Below, piece by piece: positions 15,277 through 30,711 of a stretch of DNA of 64,000 nt. Numbering within the stretch: position 1 is the first letter of the stretch; each line of letters starts with the position of its first letter. This stretch comes from Rhizophagus irregularis (lineage: Eukaryota): contig NC_089429.1 of NCBI RefSeq assembly GCF_026210795.1, forward strand, positions 3,968,001 to 4,032,000, written 5' to 3'. A program made the translations under genes and the position numbers. The notes below the pieces were generated by a model. It had not been told where the DNA came from and ran no database searches. It worked only from the letters and a program-made list of their open reading frames with translations.

Positions 15277-16318
15277 CAGTCAACTCCCTCTATAGTCACT
15301 CCCGTTATAGTCACATTCTACTATATAGTCACACCAGTTGAATGTTCAAAACACTTTATTATTAAAATCTATCCTATATAGTCACAATCTATCTATAGTC
15401 ACTATCACACCTATCCTCAAAAATCTTATATTAAAAAGAACCGTTTATAATAACAGTTATATAAAGAATATATTAAATAACTTGGCATCTAATAATCGTA
15501 CAAAGATGTATCATAGCTTGTTAGAATCGTCTCACTGAGACGATTCGAATGGTGGTAGTTTTATCCTTTTCCGATCACTGGCTGACGAGTTATTCAACAA
15601 AATGTTAAACATCGGCATTATAATATTTCTTGATTTACGTTTACTGTGCCATTTAACATTTTGCTAGATTTCTCGGTACCTAGTAATTGTAAAAAGACGA
15701 TTTATAGCTCGTTGGAATCGCCTCATCGAGGCGAATCGAATAGCGGTAAGCTCATCTCTCTGTGATCAATATTGACGGAGTTATTACTTAAAAACCATTT
15801 AATATTTTTTAATTTCGGAAATTGATCTAGTGATTGGATTTCGATGTATCTTATACCATTAGATTCGTCTCATCAAGACGAATCGAATGGTAGTAAGATC
15901 GTCTTTCTAGGATCAATATTGGCAGAGTTATTACACAAAAACCATTAATATTTTTTTAATTTTGGAAATTAATCTAGTGATTGGATTTCAACATATTTTA
16001 TACCATTAGACCGTCTCATCAAGATGAATTGAATGGCGGTAAGATCATCTCTCTACGATTAATATTGGCGAAGTTACGATACAATAAAGTTTTAAGTATA
16101 ATTCTGGCTAAAATTATGTTAATTTTTGGCTGGAATTATGATATACAAATATAAGAAATTTTTTATATAGTCACATCTCTTTATAATCACCAAATATTAC
16201 CTCCATAACCTTCAATAGAGGGTGCGGAAAGTAGTGGCCACTAAACGTACAATACACTTGTAAAATAATCACCAAATATGGACTGTCCCAAATATGTGAC
16301 TATAAAGAGAGTTGACTG
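15277..16318. mobile_element. Tc1/mariner-pogo-like non-autonomous element
   Basis: TA|CAGTCAACTCCCTCTATAGTCAC ... GTGACTATAAAGAGAGTTGACTG|TA; four internal repeats of a GAATCGTCTCATC(A/G)AGACGAATCGAATGG-like palindrome. Confidence 0.85.
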
Positions 16319-17998
16319 TATTTTTATTTATTATTTTATATAAAATCCAATTTTATTTTATAAAGTCAAAAAAGTTACAATATCTAAAAGAGAAAAAAAA
16401 AAATGTTAGAATATTTTTAAATTACTAAAGTAAAGAATCCAAACATTTTATTTTTATTTTATAAAATTTAAAAAGCTATAATGTTTAAAAAAAAGAAACA
16501 TTTCTAAAATAAATAAAAATTCAAATACATATTTTTTTAATAAAATTACCTTTATTTTTATTTCATAAAATTCAAAAACTATAATATTTAAAAAAATATT
16601 TTTAAAATTAAAGTAAAGAATTCAAATACATATTTTTTTAATAAATTTATTTTTATTTCATTTTTATAAAATCCAAGTAATTGTAGCATTCAAAATCAGA
16701 TTATATAATAATTATATAATGAAATAAATATTTAACTGAAGAATAAATTACTAACTGATTATATTATAATAATATTATTAAAAAAAACCTTAGAATAATA
16801 AAATCAACGATTACAAATTACAATTATTATGATGAGTTATAATTAGTTATAAAAAAATTATATTAATAATATAAGTTATAATAAATTAGTATAATTAGTT
16901 TTATCATTAGTAATTATTAGTAAAAGAATTTGTAAAATATTATAGAATAATTTGGAATTTAGTAGAATAATTTAGAATTGAAAAAAAAAATTGGAGAAAT
17001 TATTTCTTTTATTTTATTTATATAATGTAAAAATATTATAAAAAGAATAAGTTTTAAACTTAGATAGAATCCATCTACTACTAAGATATGTTACTAATAG
17101 AAATTTTACTTTCATATGAAATCTTACCTTAGAATTTACTTAAATTCTATTGGTTAATTAATTAAAAAGGAAAAAATTATAACAATATAATATAAAATTT
17201 CCTAAAGTTTTATATGTAAATCTTACTTTAGACTATAAGATGATTTATTTTAATAATAAGCAGAGTCTTACTTAAGTTCTATACTATTTTTCAAGACTGA
17301 AAATAAATAATAAAGTATTCATTTATAAATTTAATAATTAATTCTGTTCTTATAAATATTTATAAAAAAATTAATATTGAAAGATCTGAATAGTATTTGA
17401 ATTCCATTAGACTGAATGGAATATTATTTTTATAAATTTATTAGTAATAATATGAAAAAGCTATTACAATTTAATATTGAATTTAATGAATTAATCAAAA
17501 AATATTAATAAGCAAGAAGAAATTATTGAAATTTTAAATTTTAAATAATGGATTAAAAATTAAATCAAGCATGATAAATAAAGTTATTTTATATTATATT
17601 AATATTATAGAACCTATAAAAAGTCTTTATACTTAAAATATATTTTAAGTATTAATTTTAATTTTATAATATACTTATAATATGCTCAAAATATACCTAA
17701 AATACTCTTGAAATATACTTTTAATAGGTGGCTAAGTATTTAAAATATACTTAAAATATATTTATTGCCATTTTCAAAATTACTGATAAGTTCTAATTTG
17801 CAAGGTTTGATATATGATTTTTCATATAACAAAAGTGAATCATATTTTTACACGAATTTTTAATATTTTCATATCAAATTTTTTTGTAAATTATTAAATT
17901 CAAGATAAAATATGTATTAACACAAAATTTCAGTATATATTTAATATAAAAATTTGGATTTTTACTATATGGATATTATTTATTATATTATTTATATA

Positions 17999-20900
17999 TT
18001 TTTTTTTTTTTTTTAAATGTTGAATCATGTATCATTTTATTAGAATACATTTGGACTACATAATAATCACAACTATTCTGTAAATGATACTCCCAGCTCC
18101 TGGCCAGTCCGATCAAACATTAATTATTATATCACAAATAAAGTAAGAACAAAATTAAAAGTAAATCAAAAGAATTAAAACCAAAATACCATACTGTAAA
18201 CCAAAATTAAACTAAAAAGAGAAATAAAAGTAAAATAAAATTATAAATAAAAAGTAAATAAAAAATTTTTTTTTTTTTTTTTTTAAGTATTACTTCAATA
18301 GTTTTTTGCTTATATATAGTGTAACCTTATCAAACTTCTTCTTTATTGGGATCCAATCCTCACATATGTATTTCTTTATAAAGGTATCCATTGATTTCTT
18401 TACCAAAGGAATTGACTTTTGTATTCGATCTGCTTTTCTTGTTTTTATATCTTTTGCTTTATCTGAAGGTTGATTTAAGTTGTCCTTTGTGTTGTCCTTT
18501 ATTTTGGATTCTGTAGTAATTTTATCTGTTCAAGTAATGCCTTTTCTTTTTTCCCATAAAATAACTTGTTCACATCTTGGTTTCCATAATAATTCTTTGA
18601 ATGCTAAAATAAACCGTATTAAAATATTGGCCATAAGCATCTGTGCCTCAGTAAGAGTTATCTTAAAATCTGTTTGTAATTTTGTTGTTAAACAAGTTTC
18701 AACTTTCACTTCCAATGCCAAGTGTTGGAACTTTTGAAATTTTTTTGATTTTGCTGTAACTCCTAATATATCTTGTAATACATTTCTAATAAAATCTTCA
18801 CCTTGGCATTTAATTTGCTTTTGTTTTAAACATATAATTATAGATTCTTCTGTTGTAATCTCTAAAATTTTTTGCCAAATCAATTCATATGCTTGACATT
18901 CAAATAAGTGATTCCAATTTTCCTTTTTGTTACAGTTCATAACACATTTCATCTCCTTATACAGTTTTGGCTTTCTTAATGCTAGAATGGATCCTAAAGG
19001 AAGGATTTTATGAAACAGTTTTGCTATAAAAGTCCACAAATAGTTAGTTTGCATACTAGTGCAATGAAATCCTTTGCAATAATGAAAAATAAGCCAAGTA
19101 ATTTTCCAGTCTATCTGATTGACATTTGCATAACATAATTCCTGATTATTTTTTAGTAATGACCATTCAGTAGCTTCATATGTAGCTAATATTTTCAAGA
19201 TAAATCGCCTAATATTAACTTCAATAGGATTGTCTATAAAAACAGGAAAATAAGATAGTATGTTATCAATAAAATCTACATTGTTTTTAAATATATTTTT
19301 TCCACATTGGCCTTTTTTTGCCAATTTGTCAGCTATATCATTGCCTATGATGCCACTATGTCCTTTTATTTTAACCAGTTTTATATTTATTGATGCCTCT
19401 CTGATCAGCATAATTATTTTAATAATGATCAGGTTATTAGTTTTTTTGAGCCATTTTCTAGTTGTTGAATCAAAAGCTGAGTTAATTGAATTAATAGCAC
19501 CTAAGCTGTCTGTATATATAGTTACATTAGAATTTTCTGGTGCTGTCAGTAATGCCAAGAAAATAGCTACTATTTCTGCTCTAGTTGATGATGGCCAGAA
19601 AGATAGACTTGAGTATACTGAATATTCTCCTTCTTCATTATTTGTGTAAAATGCTGCCCCTAAATTTATCATATTATTATCTGCCTTATTATGTGAATGA
19701 TTATTGTTATCTATAATTTGATTAGCTAGTGATCCATCTGTATAATATTCAATGTTTTTTAATGACCTTAATCTATATCGTATATTTGTAAATTCTTGTC
19801 TAAGTGTATCTTGTTCTATCCAGCGATTGATCCATGGTTTTAAATTATCTCCATTTAACTCAATTGTGGGTGTTTTTTCCATTTATTGTATATCAATGTT
19901 AGTTGTAATATTTTCAACTCTATTTACTGAGTCTACCATATAATACCAGTCAATATGTGTAATTGCGCCTGTTGATAATCGAGTAAAGATTGGTAAAACT
20001 AATGCATTATGTTGAGCTATTGTAATAATCTTTGGACATTCCTGTTTTTGAATAATTGCTTTTTGAGGATTATCTGAACATATTTTAATATTGCATACTT
20101 CTATAATTAAACATTCAATTTTCCCCCTTTTTTTTAATATGTGTTCTTTTCTTTACAAGTCCTATTGATAATTTATTATTTTTATCTTTTATTATCACAT
20201 ATGGGTGTTTTCGCTTGTCCTCTAATACTGGCTGTAATGTATTATTCAGGAAATTAGATATGGAAAATCTGGATGTTTCTATTATCAATATTCCCTTGAT
20301 CCATTGGGTCAACAGCTGATACCATTTAGCTATGCGTCCTTTGGCTGATAACCCTGCAATAAAACGGTAACATGCCCAGCTTCATAGTGTATCCAGAAGG
20401 TAATATTAATTGACTAGCATATATAAGTGGGTATGAATTTGAGGTTCCAATTTTTCGTAATAAATTGAGGCATCTATGTGTTATAAATATTTCTCTAATG
20501 GGTATACTCCCACTCACTGATAGCCCATGTTGTTCTATTTATATAATCTTGTTGTATAACAATATTTAACTTTCATGCTATAATAATATTATGTAGACTT
20601 AAATTAGATTTGGCTTCTTGATGACCTAAAAATAATGATTCTGATTCATGTTCAAAAATATTATCATGTATAGCCAAACGTAGCTGCGCTGTTCTACATC
20701 TTATCATTATGGATCTAGATGCCAATGAATTGCTATTTATTAGATATGTAAAAGCAGTGATCTGATTTGCGCATATTTGATCCCATGGATTATTAATTCC
20801 TAAAATGTATCGATGATATAATGCTGATGTTGGATAACTTCTAGGCAATCCACATATTTGCTTAACTAACTTGATCACTGGAGTGAATAAAAGATTCCAT

Positions 20901-23900
20901 TCATTTTCTGATAATGTCATTAATTGGGCTACATATATTACTCTTGGGATGAGGACGTGATTAATTAGATAAGCAATGTGTCCTACTGTAATACGTTTTC
21001 GTCTGATAGGATTCAAAAATTTTTCAATTATATCCTTAATTCTTTTGATTGATCTTTTTCTTGAATTGGAAGAAGAGAAATAACATCCTAAATAACGTAT
21101 TTCTTTATCTGTGGCTTGAATTTTTGATTTGTCACGTCCAATAATAATATATAGATCTTCTCTAGGTAATTTAGGATTAATAACAATCAGTTCAGACTTT
21201 TTTCCATTTATATCTACATCATGAAAATTATAGAACTGTGTGGCTATATTGATCGATTCTTGAATTTTATCCCCTGAACTATCCAAATAACTTGTATCAT
21301 CCATATAGGCTATAACTGGTACTCTTAGTCTATATTGTTGCCATGTTGATTGATCCTGAATGTCTGAGGGCCATGTATTCACCATTTCATACCCTTGTTG
21401 GTGGTTGCACGCTTGTTGAATGGCTACAAGCAATGGATCGTAAAAGATTCTCCATAAGAGAGGTGAAATCGCATCCCCCTGGTCTATACCATCTCCTCCT
21501 GTGAAAGTTAGACTAGGGCCAAAAGCTGTTATTACGTTCATTTGTCTATTCTTGAATAGGCCTGTAATCCATATGACAAATTTCTCTGGTATGTCTAGCC
21601 TTCTTAATGCTAATTGTAGACTTTCTAGGCTAACTGAATCATAAGCTTTCATCATATCTTGGATTACCACCCAAAGTTCCCTTCCATTCTCCCTTGCATC
21701 TTCAATTATGTCATTCATCAGTCGTAATGGTATTGCTGTGTCTTCCCTTTTGAGACCGCAAAAATTTAATCCGCGTAAAACTTTATTAGATGTCAAAATT
21801 GCACTTAACCGATTTGTTAATACTTTGGTGACGCATTTCCTGATATTATCTAATAGTGCTATGGGACGTGTGTTGGCCAAAATATAATTAAATTTTTGTG
21901 GTTTTAAAATCGGATGGATAAGTGACTGCTTCCACTGGTCTGGCACAACTCCTATTTTCAAGGACAGATTAATGAATTTTAATAAAATATAACTAGATTT
22001 GTCTGAGAAATGTTTGATTATAGCATATCCAATGCCTGAAGGACCTGGCGCTGAATTCGTATTTACTAGTTCTAGTGTTTGGTGCCATTCTCCTATTGTT
22101 ATCTCGTCCATTAGGTTAGCCATACATTCAGTGAATTCCCCTTTCGGCCTATATATATTACTCCAGAAAACGTCCTGTTCTATTGACTTAGTATTGCGTT
22201 TTCGTAGAATTCCTGCAAAAGTATCTTTTGCATGGGTTCTAATTGTATTAGGATCAAGGGCTAATCTAACACCTTCATTCTCATTAGAAATTACTGCTCT
22301 ATCAATTATAATGTGTTCTTTAACGTTGTCTTGTGTGGAGTGTAACCATTTAGGAATATCTGAATGTATTATATTGCACCGATTTTCTATACTATCTTGG
22401 ATTTTACGTAGCCGTTGTGCTTGTAAATAGTTTTTATCTATTTTGATTCTCTTTTTAAATACTTCTTTAGCATTCTTTATCCATGTGTCACTGAAGAGAT
22501 CGTGTGTAGGAATAGTAAGTTCCTTATGATTATCAATAAATTTGTCATATTCTTTCCTGTTGTAATCTTTGTTGTATTTATTGATTCTATTTATCCAAAA
22601 ATTAATCCATTTATCATCTTTATTGTCAATGAATCCCTGATCCTTGCTTATTTTCCTCATTAAACTTCCCAGTTTAGTGGTATGTCACATGGTTTTATCT
22701 ACAAATGATAATTTATGTCTTATATTGCAACTTCCCAGATATTTAACTGTCTTCATAGGCAGCTCTATATTCACCGCTATTGATATTGCGCTCATGATAT
22801 TGTTCCAAAGCTTATTAAATTTACATCTTATTTTTTCCCCATCATTGTCCGTTTCATATCCTAGTTGTATTTCATGATTGAATTCATCGATTAATTGTTG
22901 AAAGTCTCATGCCTCTATTTCTCTGTCTAATGTTTCGGTAAAATTCTCCCATTGTAAATTAGTAATTTTACTGATGTCCACTATGCGATTGTTCTGATGT
23001 CTATCAACTAAATTCGCATCCCGTGTCTGATCTGGGACAGCAAGCCGGAAGTTGTTCTTAATAAATCCTGATATATTTACCGTTGTTGAAATAATACTAT
23101 GATGGCTATTTGTGATCATCTGTGATGAGTGCACTGAGAATTCTACTGGAATAACATCGGCCTCATGTGTGATCCAGATTTAATCGATTTTTGATCTCGA
23201 TATAGGGCTTGATTTATCCTTATTTTTATCCCATTTCTCATGTGTAAATAGCTCTGTATCCGGATAAAGAGCTCGGCAAACATCATAAAGTCCCAGTTGC
23301 GCTAACTGTATCAGAAATTGTGATCCTGGTTGTTCAGTACTAGGCGAGCGATCTATTTTATTGTCAATTGTGTCGCTAAAATCGCCTAATACAATGTGTA
23401 GTACTACGGTGTTGTGAATTGATCGGTTATGTCCCTCTATAGCCATTTTCAATTTGTCAATCAAGCTTTTCCTCATGTCTTGATTGTTAGGAGCGGCATA
23501 TATCAACCAGATCCATATCTCTCTCTGTATGAATAAGAATTTAACTATTATGATATATGGAGATATGCGTTCTACTGCATAGTAATGTTTCATCCATCTG
23601 TTATGGATCACAAGTGCCGTTCCTGATCCTTTGGTTTTTTGATCTCGTTCACTGAATATTATTGAGTAAACCTTTGACTCAATGTCTTGGTTTATAAAGT
23701 ATTCCTGACGATAGTCTATATTAGTTTCTGATATAGCCATAATATCGATGTTCTTTTCTTCGATAAATTCCAACAAACTGTGAAGTTTTTGTATAGACGG
23801 AGTACTAGCTATTCCATCTATATTATGTGCTGCTATGTGCAAATCTAAATACATTGAATCATTCGTTTCTTGATTATTTAGATTCCCCTAGTAAACCTTA

Positions 23901-24290
23901 ACCTCTGTCTTGCTAAGAATATGTTAACGTTTTCTTCATTTGTCAAAGATTCGACTATTTCCTCTAAATTGTCTGGATCTTTTTGGCAATCTCCTTTTTC
24001 ATACACTAATTCAGTTGTTTTCGGGTGTGTATTTCCTGTATTTATTCTGCCATTCGTCTTATGTTTGTTATGTGTTTGTTGTGATTGCTCATTACTCGCG
24101 TGTTGTATGGAGGACGACGCGTTGTTGTTTTGATTGTTTTTGAGAAAAATGCTCGGAACTTGGCATTGTTCTCTACCTTTCAGCCTTTCTCCGTGTGTAA
24201 CTCTATTGTTTATCATCTTGTATAACCTTCGCTTTTGTTTTTTATTTAGGCCAGCTAAAGAAAAATCTCGTCTTTTCCTTTATTAATATC
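17999..24290 (-). mobile_element. Non-LTR retrotransposon (APE-RT-RNase H), 5'-truncated in ORF1
   Basis: Poly(A) tail seen as a T run at 17999-18014; TSD TATATTATTTATATA at 17984-17998 and 24291-24305. Confidence 0.88.
18530..23854 (-). pseudogene. LINE ORF2 (endonuclease, reverse transcriptase, RNase H), frameshifted
   Basis: APE 23180-23854 (HNIDG, ISET, LGDF); RT 20573-22660 (RPIALL, KAYDSV, GIDQGDAISP, YMDD); RNase H 18530-19882 (YTDGS, RAE, YTDS, KGHSG, GNDIADKLA). Confidence 0.92.
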
Positions 24291-24665
24291 TATATTATTT
24301 ATATATAAAAATAAAGTAAATCATATTTCTGCATAAATTTTAATATTTTGTGTCAAATTTTTTTGTAAATCATTAAATTTAAGTCAAAATGTGTATTAAC
24401 ACAAAATTTCAATATATATTTCTTATAAAAATTTTGGATTTTTACTATACAAATATTATTTATTACAATTATTTATATATAAAAATAAAGTGAATCATAT
24501 TTCTGCATCAATTTTTAATATATTTATATCAATTTTTTTTTGTAAATCATTAAATTCAAAATAAAATGTATATCAATGCAAAATTTTAGCATATATTTCT
24601 TATAAAAATTTTGGACTTTTACTATGCAGAAATCATTTATTACAATTATTTATATATAAAAATAA

Positions 24666-25210
24666 GGAGCTTGCTATTTATCACTGGTGGCAGTGTTGTA
24701 CATGGGACATGTCCCGCCAAAATTTTAATGTTCCAGACATTGTCCTGTCCCATCCACATCCCATCCAAAAATTGTCCAAATTTACAATTTGTCTTATTAA
24801 GACAACACCTAATAGGCTATAATTTATAATTAAGATCACATAATTTTAATATCCCAATATCCTAGACATTGCTAAAATCTTTAGACGTGTCCTGGACTAT
24901 CCCGTCCTGTCCCATCCATGAACATATCCCGTCCCTATGACAACACTGACTGGTAGTGATCATCACCGGTATCACATGATTTTATAAAATTTGTCCAAAA
25001 TTAAGGAATTGACATGTTAATTTCTTTTTATGGGTTTAAATGATATTATACAATCCAAAAAAAGCAATTTTATTTTTCATCAAAAATGGAGAAATACATT
25101 ATACAAGATTCCAAAAAAGGAAATTTTTATGTAGATCACTTAATTCTGGCCAAAATTTTAAAAATTATGTGATACTGATAATGATCACTGCCGGTGATTT
25201 GTAGCAATTT
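24666..25210. mobile_element. TIR MITE interrupted by a hAT-like MITE
   Basis: TTGCTATTTATCACTGGT...TGATCATCACCGGTATCACAT is an inverted match to ATGTGATACTGATAATGATCACTGCCGGTGATTTGTAGCAA. Confidence 0.6.
24691..24948. mobile_element. hAT-like MITE
   Basis: TIR CAGTGTTGT...ACAACACTG; 8-bp TSD ACTGGTGG/ACTGGTAG; internal GTCCC repeats. Confidence 0.8.
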
Positions 25211-25549
25211 TATAAAAATAAAGTGAATTATATTTTACATCAATTTTTAATATATTTATATTAAAATTTTTTTGTGAATCATTGAATTCAAGACAAATTA
25301 AGGCAAAATTTCAATATATATTTCATTTAAAATTTGGACTTTTCTATATCATTATTTTTATATGTAAATAATTGCAATAAACAATATTAATATAGTAAAA
25401 GTCCAAAATTTTTATATGAAATATATACTGAAATTTTGTATTGATACTCATTTTATCTTGAATTTGATGATTTACAAAAAAAATTTGACATGAAATTATT
25501 AAAAATTCATGTAGAAATATAATTTACTTTATTTTTATATATAAATAAC

Positions 25550-26190
25550 AGGATCTCGGACATCACATATATAACTCATAACTGATCTGCATGAATTTAA
25601 GTACTTTTTGCTCCTGCTAAAATAGATCTAATTTGCTAAAAATCAAATTATCACATTTCAAATTTATATTAATTTGCTAAAACTCAAAATATGAGTTAAT
25701 AATTTTTTCTTTTATTATCAATAAAAAAATAAATGATTAATATAAATTAAACTGCCAATTTTTATAATTAAAATATGTAGATTATAGATAAAATAATAAT
25801 TAATAAAAATAATAAATTAAATAAATAATTATTAAAAAATAAAATGTTGCGAAACTAAACGGACGGGTTTTGGCCCGCATTATGCTTAATTTTGGCCGGA
25901 TTTATACTTAATTTTGGCCAAAATATAACCCGGACCCTGAAACTAATATTTTTAAAAATATTATTTATAAAGTTAAAAAAAAAGGATAAGTTAAATTTAA
26001 AAAAAAGTACCAATTTGCTCAAATATAAAATATGACTTTGTAAAATCAATACAATTTGCTAAAACTCATAATTATGACTATTAATTAATTTTCAATCAAT
26101 TTGCTCTATCTAAAATTATGAGTTTAACCTAATTTTGATTGAATTTGCTAAAACTCAAATGTAAGTTATATATGTGATGTCCGGAGTCCT
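25550..26190. mobile_element. MITE with AGGA termini and 8-bp TSD
   Basis: AGGATCTCGGACATCACATATATAACT ... AGTTATATATGTGATGTCCGGAGTCCT; TSD TAAATAAC at 25542-25549 and 26191-26198. Confidence 0.85.
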
Positions 26191-27274
26191 TAAATAACTG
26201 TAATAAATGATATTCACATAATAAAAGTTCAAAATTTTTATAAGAAATATATACTGAAATTTTGCATTGATGCACATTTTAATTTAAATTTGATGATTTA
26301 CAAAAAAAATTTGACATGAAGTTATTAAAAATTCATGTAAAAATATGATTCACTTTATTTTTATATATAAATAATTGTAATAAATGATATCCACATAGTA
26401 AAAGTTCAAAATTTTTATATTAAATAGATACACATTTTATCTTGAGTTTAATGATTTACAAAAAAAATTTGATATGAAAATATTAAAAATTTGTATAAAA
26501 ATGTGATTCACTTTTATTATATGAAAAATTATATATTTTAAAAATGTAAAAAATACACTTATATTGTATTTAAATTTTAATTTAAATATATTTTAAGTAG
26601 AATTTAAGTACTTGAACAAAATATAAGTATATTAAAAATATATTTTAAGAATATTTTAAGCATGTCGACGAGTAGGCTATTTTTTCGATCGTTTAAGGTT
26701 TATTAGAAATGTAATCTCCCCTTTATATTTTTTTTTATTTTTTTTTATTTTTTAGCTAAGGTAATGCAATTTGTGAGTTTATTAATTATATGTAAGAATA
26801 TAAAAAAAACATCTGTTATATAACTAATTTATTAAAACTTCAAACCAGTTTCCCATCCATAAGATTGCTCCTATACCCTACCATTACCTTATGAAATTCA
26901 CCTATATCCTTTAAATCTCCCCTTTATATTAATGTATAGTGATTCTTTTAAGTATAATAAAAAAAAAAAAATTTTAAGCATTTTTAAGCATATTATAAGT
27001 ATATTGTAAAATTAAATTGATACTTATTTTAAATATATTTTAATAAAAAATTTAAATGTATTTAAATATAAATACTTTTTATAGAGAAATAGTAAATAAA
27101 TAATAATATTAAAATATTTCTAAAATTAAAGTAAAAAATTCAAATACACTTTTTTAATAAATTTATCTTTATTTTATATATATATATATATATATTTTTT
27201 AATGATTTATATATGCTTTATTGATATGTAGTTTATATACTATACAAATAAATTATCATAAGCTATATCCACCC

Positions 27275-30200
27275 AGTTGATCCGCTTTTGGTAGAAATAC
27301 AATAAACAAAAGATAGCGGCTATGAAATGAAAGTTAACTGGCCGAATGATATTAATGATCCTAAAACATGGATGCAATACAGGCTTCAGGTCCCCGTATA
27401 AGCATATATGGATGATACGGTATTTTTAGAATCCTCAAAATACAAAAAATAGTAGATATTGCAAATGAATTCTACTTGATTAATGATATTGATATTAACA
27501 TTAAGAAGTCAGAAATGATAATCATCAACCTGACAGTGGAAAGACACGAATAAACCATTGAACTAGATCAGGATCATTCTATAGTTCAAGCCACAGATGA
27601 TGAAATAAGGTATCTCAAGGTCTGGTTCTTCAACAAACTGAATAGGCGACGATGGATGCAACGCCTGTCCACTATAGTAAAGAACTTTTGTGATACAGTC
27701 CGTAGGAAATTCGTTCCAGCTGGTCAATGTATATACTTAATCAATAGGGTATTAATACCTAGATTGACATACATAGCTCAAATCATGACATTGACAGAGC
27801 AAGATTGGAATTACGTATTTGCTCCAGTAATGAAATTGGTTAAAAACTGGATGAAATTACCTAAGAATACACCTTCGTCATTATTGTTTTATGAGGGTGT
27901 CTCATCAGTTTGGATCATCTATGGAAAATCTATTGCATCAATATTATAACAGATTTAACGATTAGACTGAATAGTGATTCACACGCAGCGATATCTACAC
28001 ATATTAGACTCAGAGATGCGCAGCTTAAATCACTCATCACTGATCCGATTTTTGACTGCGATCTTTACGTAATGCCTTGGATAAAACCTCAAATTCAGAA
28101 AAACGTTTCATTTAATGTTTTGGTAATAGGCAAAGCTCTCAACATATCAATGGCGATAAACCTGATTGATAGATCAACTTGAAGTATTTCAGAAGGAAAA
28201 GAGCCATTATTAGAGTTCTTTAAGCAATATCTGCTTACGAAGTACATATACTGGATCAACCAAAGCTCACATTACCCAATATTCTATATTGATCAATTAT
28301 TTATTAGGGGTAAATATCTTATAACATGGAAGCAATACCGTAAATTAGCACTACTCCCAATATAAAAAAGGGTAGCTAGATGGTATCGTGAGGTGGCCCA
28401 TTTGTGCACATCCAGAATTGATAACATAACAGTAACAGATGATCTGGAACTTGCTGAAGTTAATTATTGAGCATTTTTACTGGACATTATACCAGACGCG
28501 CATCGTAAACAAGTTATTTTTATTCAGAAACCCCTGGCTGATTCAGATGCATGATTAATAGGCAAAATTAACAAGATACGACATCACGTACAGGGATTTC
28601 AGTAAATTATCGTCCGAGATACAATGATAATGGTGTAATTGGATGGCAGGACATGTGACGATCCATACCAGCTTACTGTTGTAAAGTGGCAATATTAGAT
28701 AAAGGATTTAATATGCGTGGCTGGAGTTTTCCTAGTGAATGGCTGTCATCAACTCATCAACCTAACATCACGATACTTGAAGATAAGTTACCAATAGTAT
28801 CAGCTCAAAACCCTATAATTAGCCTACCATTGGTTCAGAACATATGGGTTCACAGATGGATAGATGATGATATCCTGAAAGCACAACTAATGGATATTAG
28901 AAATAAACTACTAGCAGAGAGAACATCGGTAGAATATTATACAGATGGTTCGTTCAGGCCAAGCACCCCTACATCAATGGGTAAACAAGATCCCAATTTA
29001 GTGTATACAGACATGGGTACAACGTTTTGTGTTAATAATGAACCTGCTTTGTCAGTCCAAGCAAATGTATCACTATGGCCCTCTTCTACACGTTCAGAAT
29101 TAGTGGCTATTTTTCTGGCATTACTCACAGGTCCTATGAATGCTAAAATCAAGATTTATACAGACAGCCAAAGCATCATTTACAAGATTAACAATCAACA
29201 TAATAAATCGGACAGAAAACTATTGAAGCAGTTTAATTCTTTATTATTACTTAAGATAGATATTTTTTTACAGGAAAAAAAGATGAATCTAGTATTGGTG
29301 AAAGTTAAGGGACATAGTGGAGATGTTATGAATGAAATGGTAGATGAATTAGCTAAAAACACAAGTAACAGCAGCTGTTACTTCAACAACAGGTTTAACT
29401 ATAGCAATAGGACAGTTAGATTTTTTCCAATTTTTAAACAGATTCCAATTGAATACAACTTAAGAAAATTTATCAAAACTCTAATGAATACCAGAGTGGC
29501 AGCAGAATGGTCAATGCTAAAAACCAATGGACATGGAATACCAATTGCCTGGAACATAACTTGGAATTTAATTCATAGATATAAAGGGTTTAATTGTATT
29601 TCAGTTAAAAAACATTGGCATTTAATATTTATTATTAAACTATTTGCTAAAATTCTCCCTTTAGGTACTACTCTAATACAGCGAAAACCAGATATATATA
29701 AAGATTTTGTTTGTTCTAGGTGTAATGCTAACAAAGAAGAAGACATATATCATTTTATTGAATGCAATGCCAATAAGGATCTATAGCCTGTAATTAAAAG
29801 CAGAATGCAAGATGATGTAATTCATATAATTCAAAAATAGAGTAATATGTCAAAAAATACATCTAAGGCTATAAGAGAAAAATTAGACCAGATACTAGGA
29901 TCTCAACATGACAACAACAAATTTATTGACTTTTGCTTTCTTGCTTTGGAAACTAAAGTTAACACTAATTTTTCCAAAGTATCAAAACAGTTATTTGGAT
30001 TTTCAGAGTCAACAAACATTTTATTTTTGGCCTCACTTCTGGACTCCTTTATTATTCATTTTAAAGAACTAATTTGGCTGCCAAGATGTAATGCTACTAT
30101 TGCATGGGAAAAGGCTAGAAATATTAGAAGAAAAGACAAGTTAAATGAATCTGAATATATGGATCATTATTTAAAATCCTCTCACCAACAGGATAATCAT

Positions 30201-30540
30201 TCAAGACAGGATAAACATCTCTCAAAGAAGAATAATTTACCAATTTCACAGAAAGGTCAAACAGTAGTACTTGATGATATTCTTTTTGAGCTGGATTCAG
30301 TACAATCTGAAAACTCAGTGAATGAAAATTTCATTTTATCAAAGTACTATAGAATGGGAAAAAAAGCTCAGGATCAGATGTGCTTACTGATTAGTAATAA
30401 CTGGTAATATAGTTGGGCTTACAAGAAGACAAAAAATATTATTGATAATGTTATAGCAGACCTAATAACAATATAACTATTAATATTCTGAATTTAAATA
30501 CAGCAATTCTGAAAGGAATAAGGAATGGGAAAAAAAAAAA
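27275..30540 (+). mobile_element. 5'-truncated, degenerate non-LTR retrotransposon (RT C-terminus + RNase H)
   Basis: YMDD near 27405, LIPRLTY, RNase H ORF 28686-29786 (YTDGS, RSE, YTDS, KGHSG), zinc motif CSRC...H..C, A-tail at 30531-30540; paralogous to the 18-24 kb copy. Confidence 0.85.
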
Positions 30541-30711
30541 TATATATATATATATATATAATATATAATATATAATAATAATAATAATATATAATAGATA
30601 GATAAATATAGTATTACTAATTTTTATTTTTTTATTTGTTTTAGCATTTTGATGATTGCATCCTTATGGGTGGATATAGCTCATAATAATTTGTTTGTAT
30701 GGTATATAAAC

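Larger units (their letters stand above)
17620..27080. mobile_element. Large foldback-like element with about 175-bp internal repeats, hosting nested insertions
   Basis: AAAGTGAATCATATTT-type unit in direct orientation at about 17832, 24313, 24487 and 25220 and inverted at about 25380-26520; AT-rich arms near 17640 and 27000 are inverted; boundaries approximate. Confidence 0.55.
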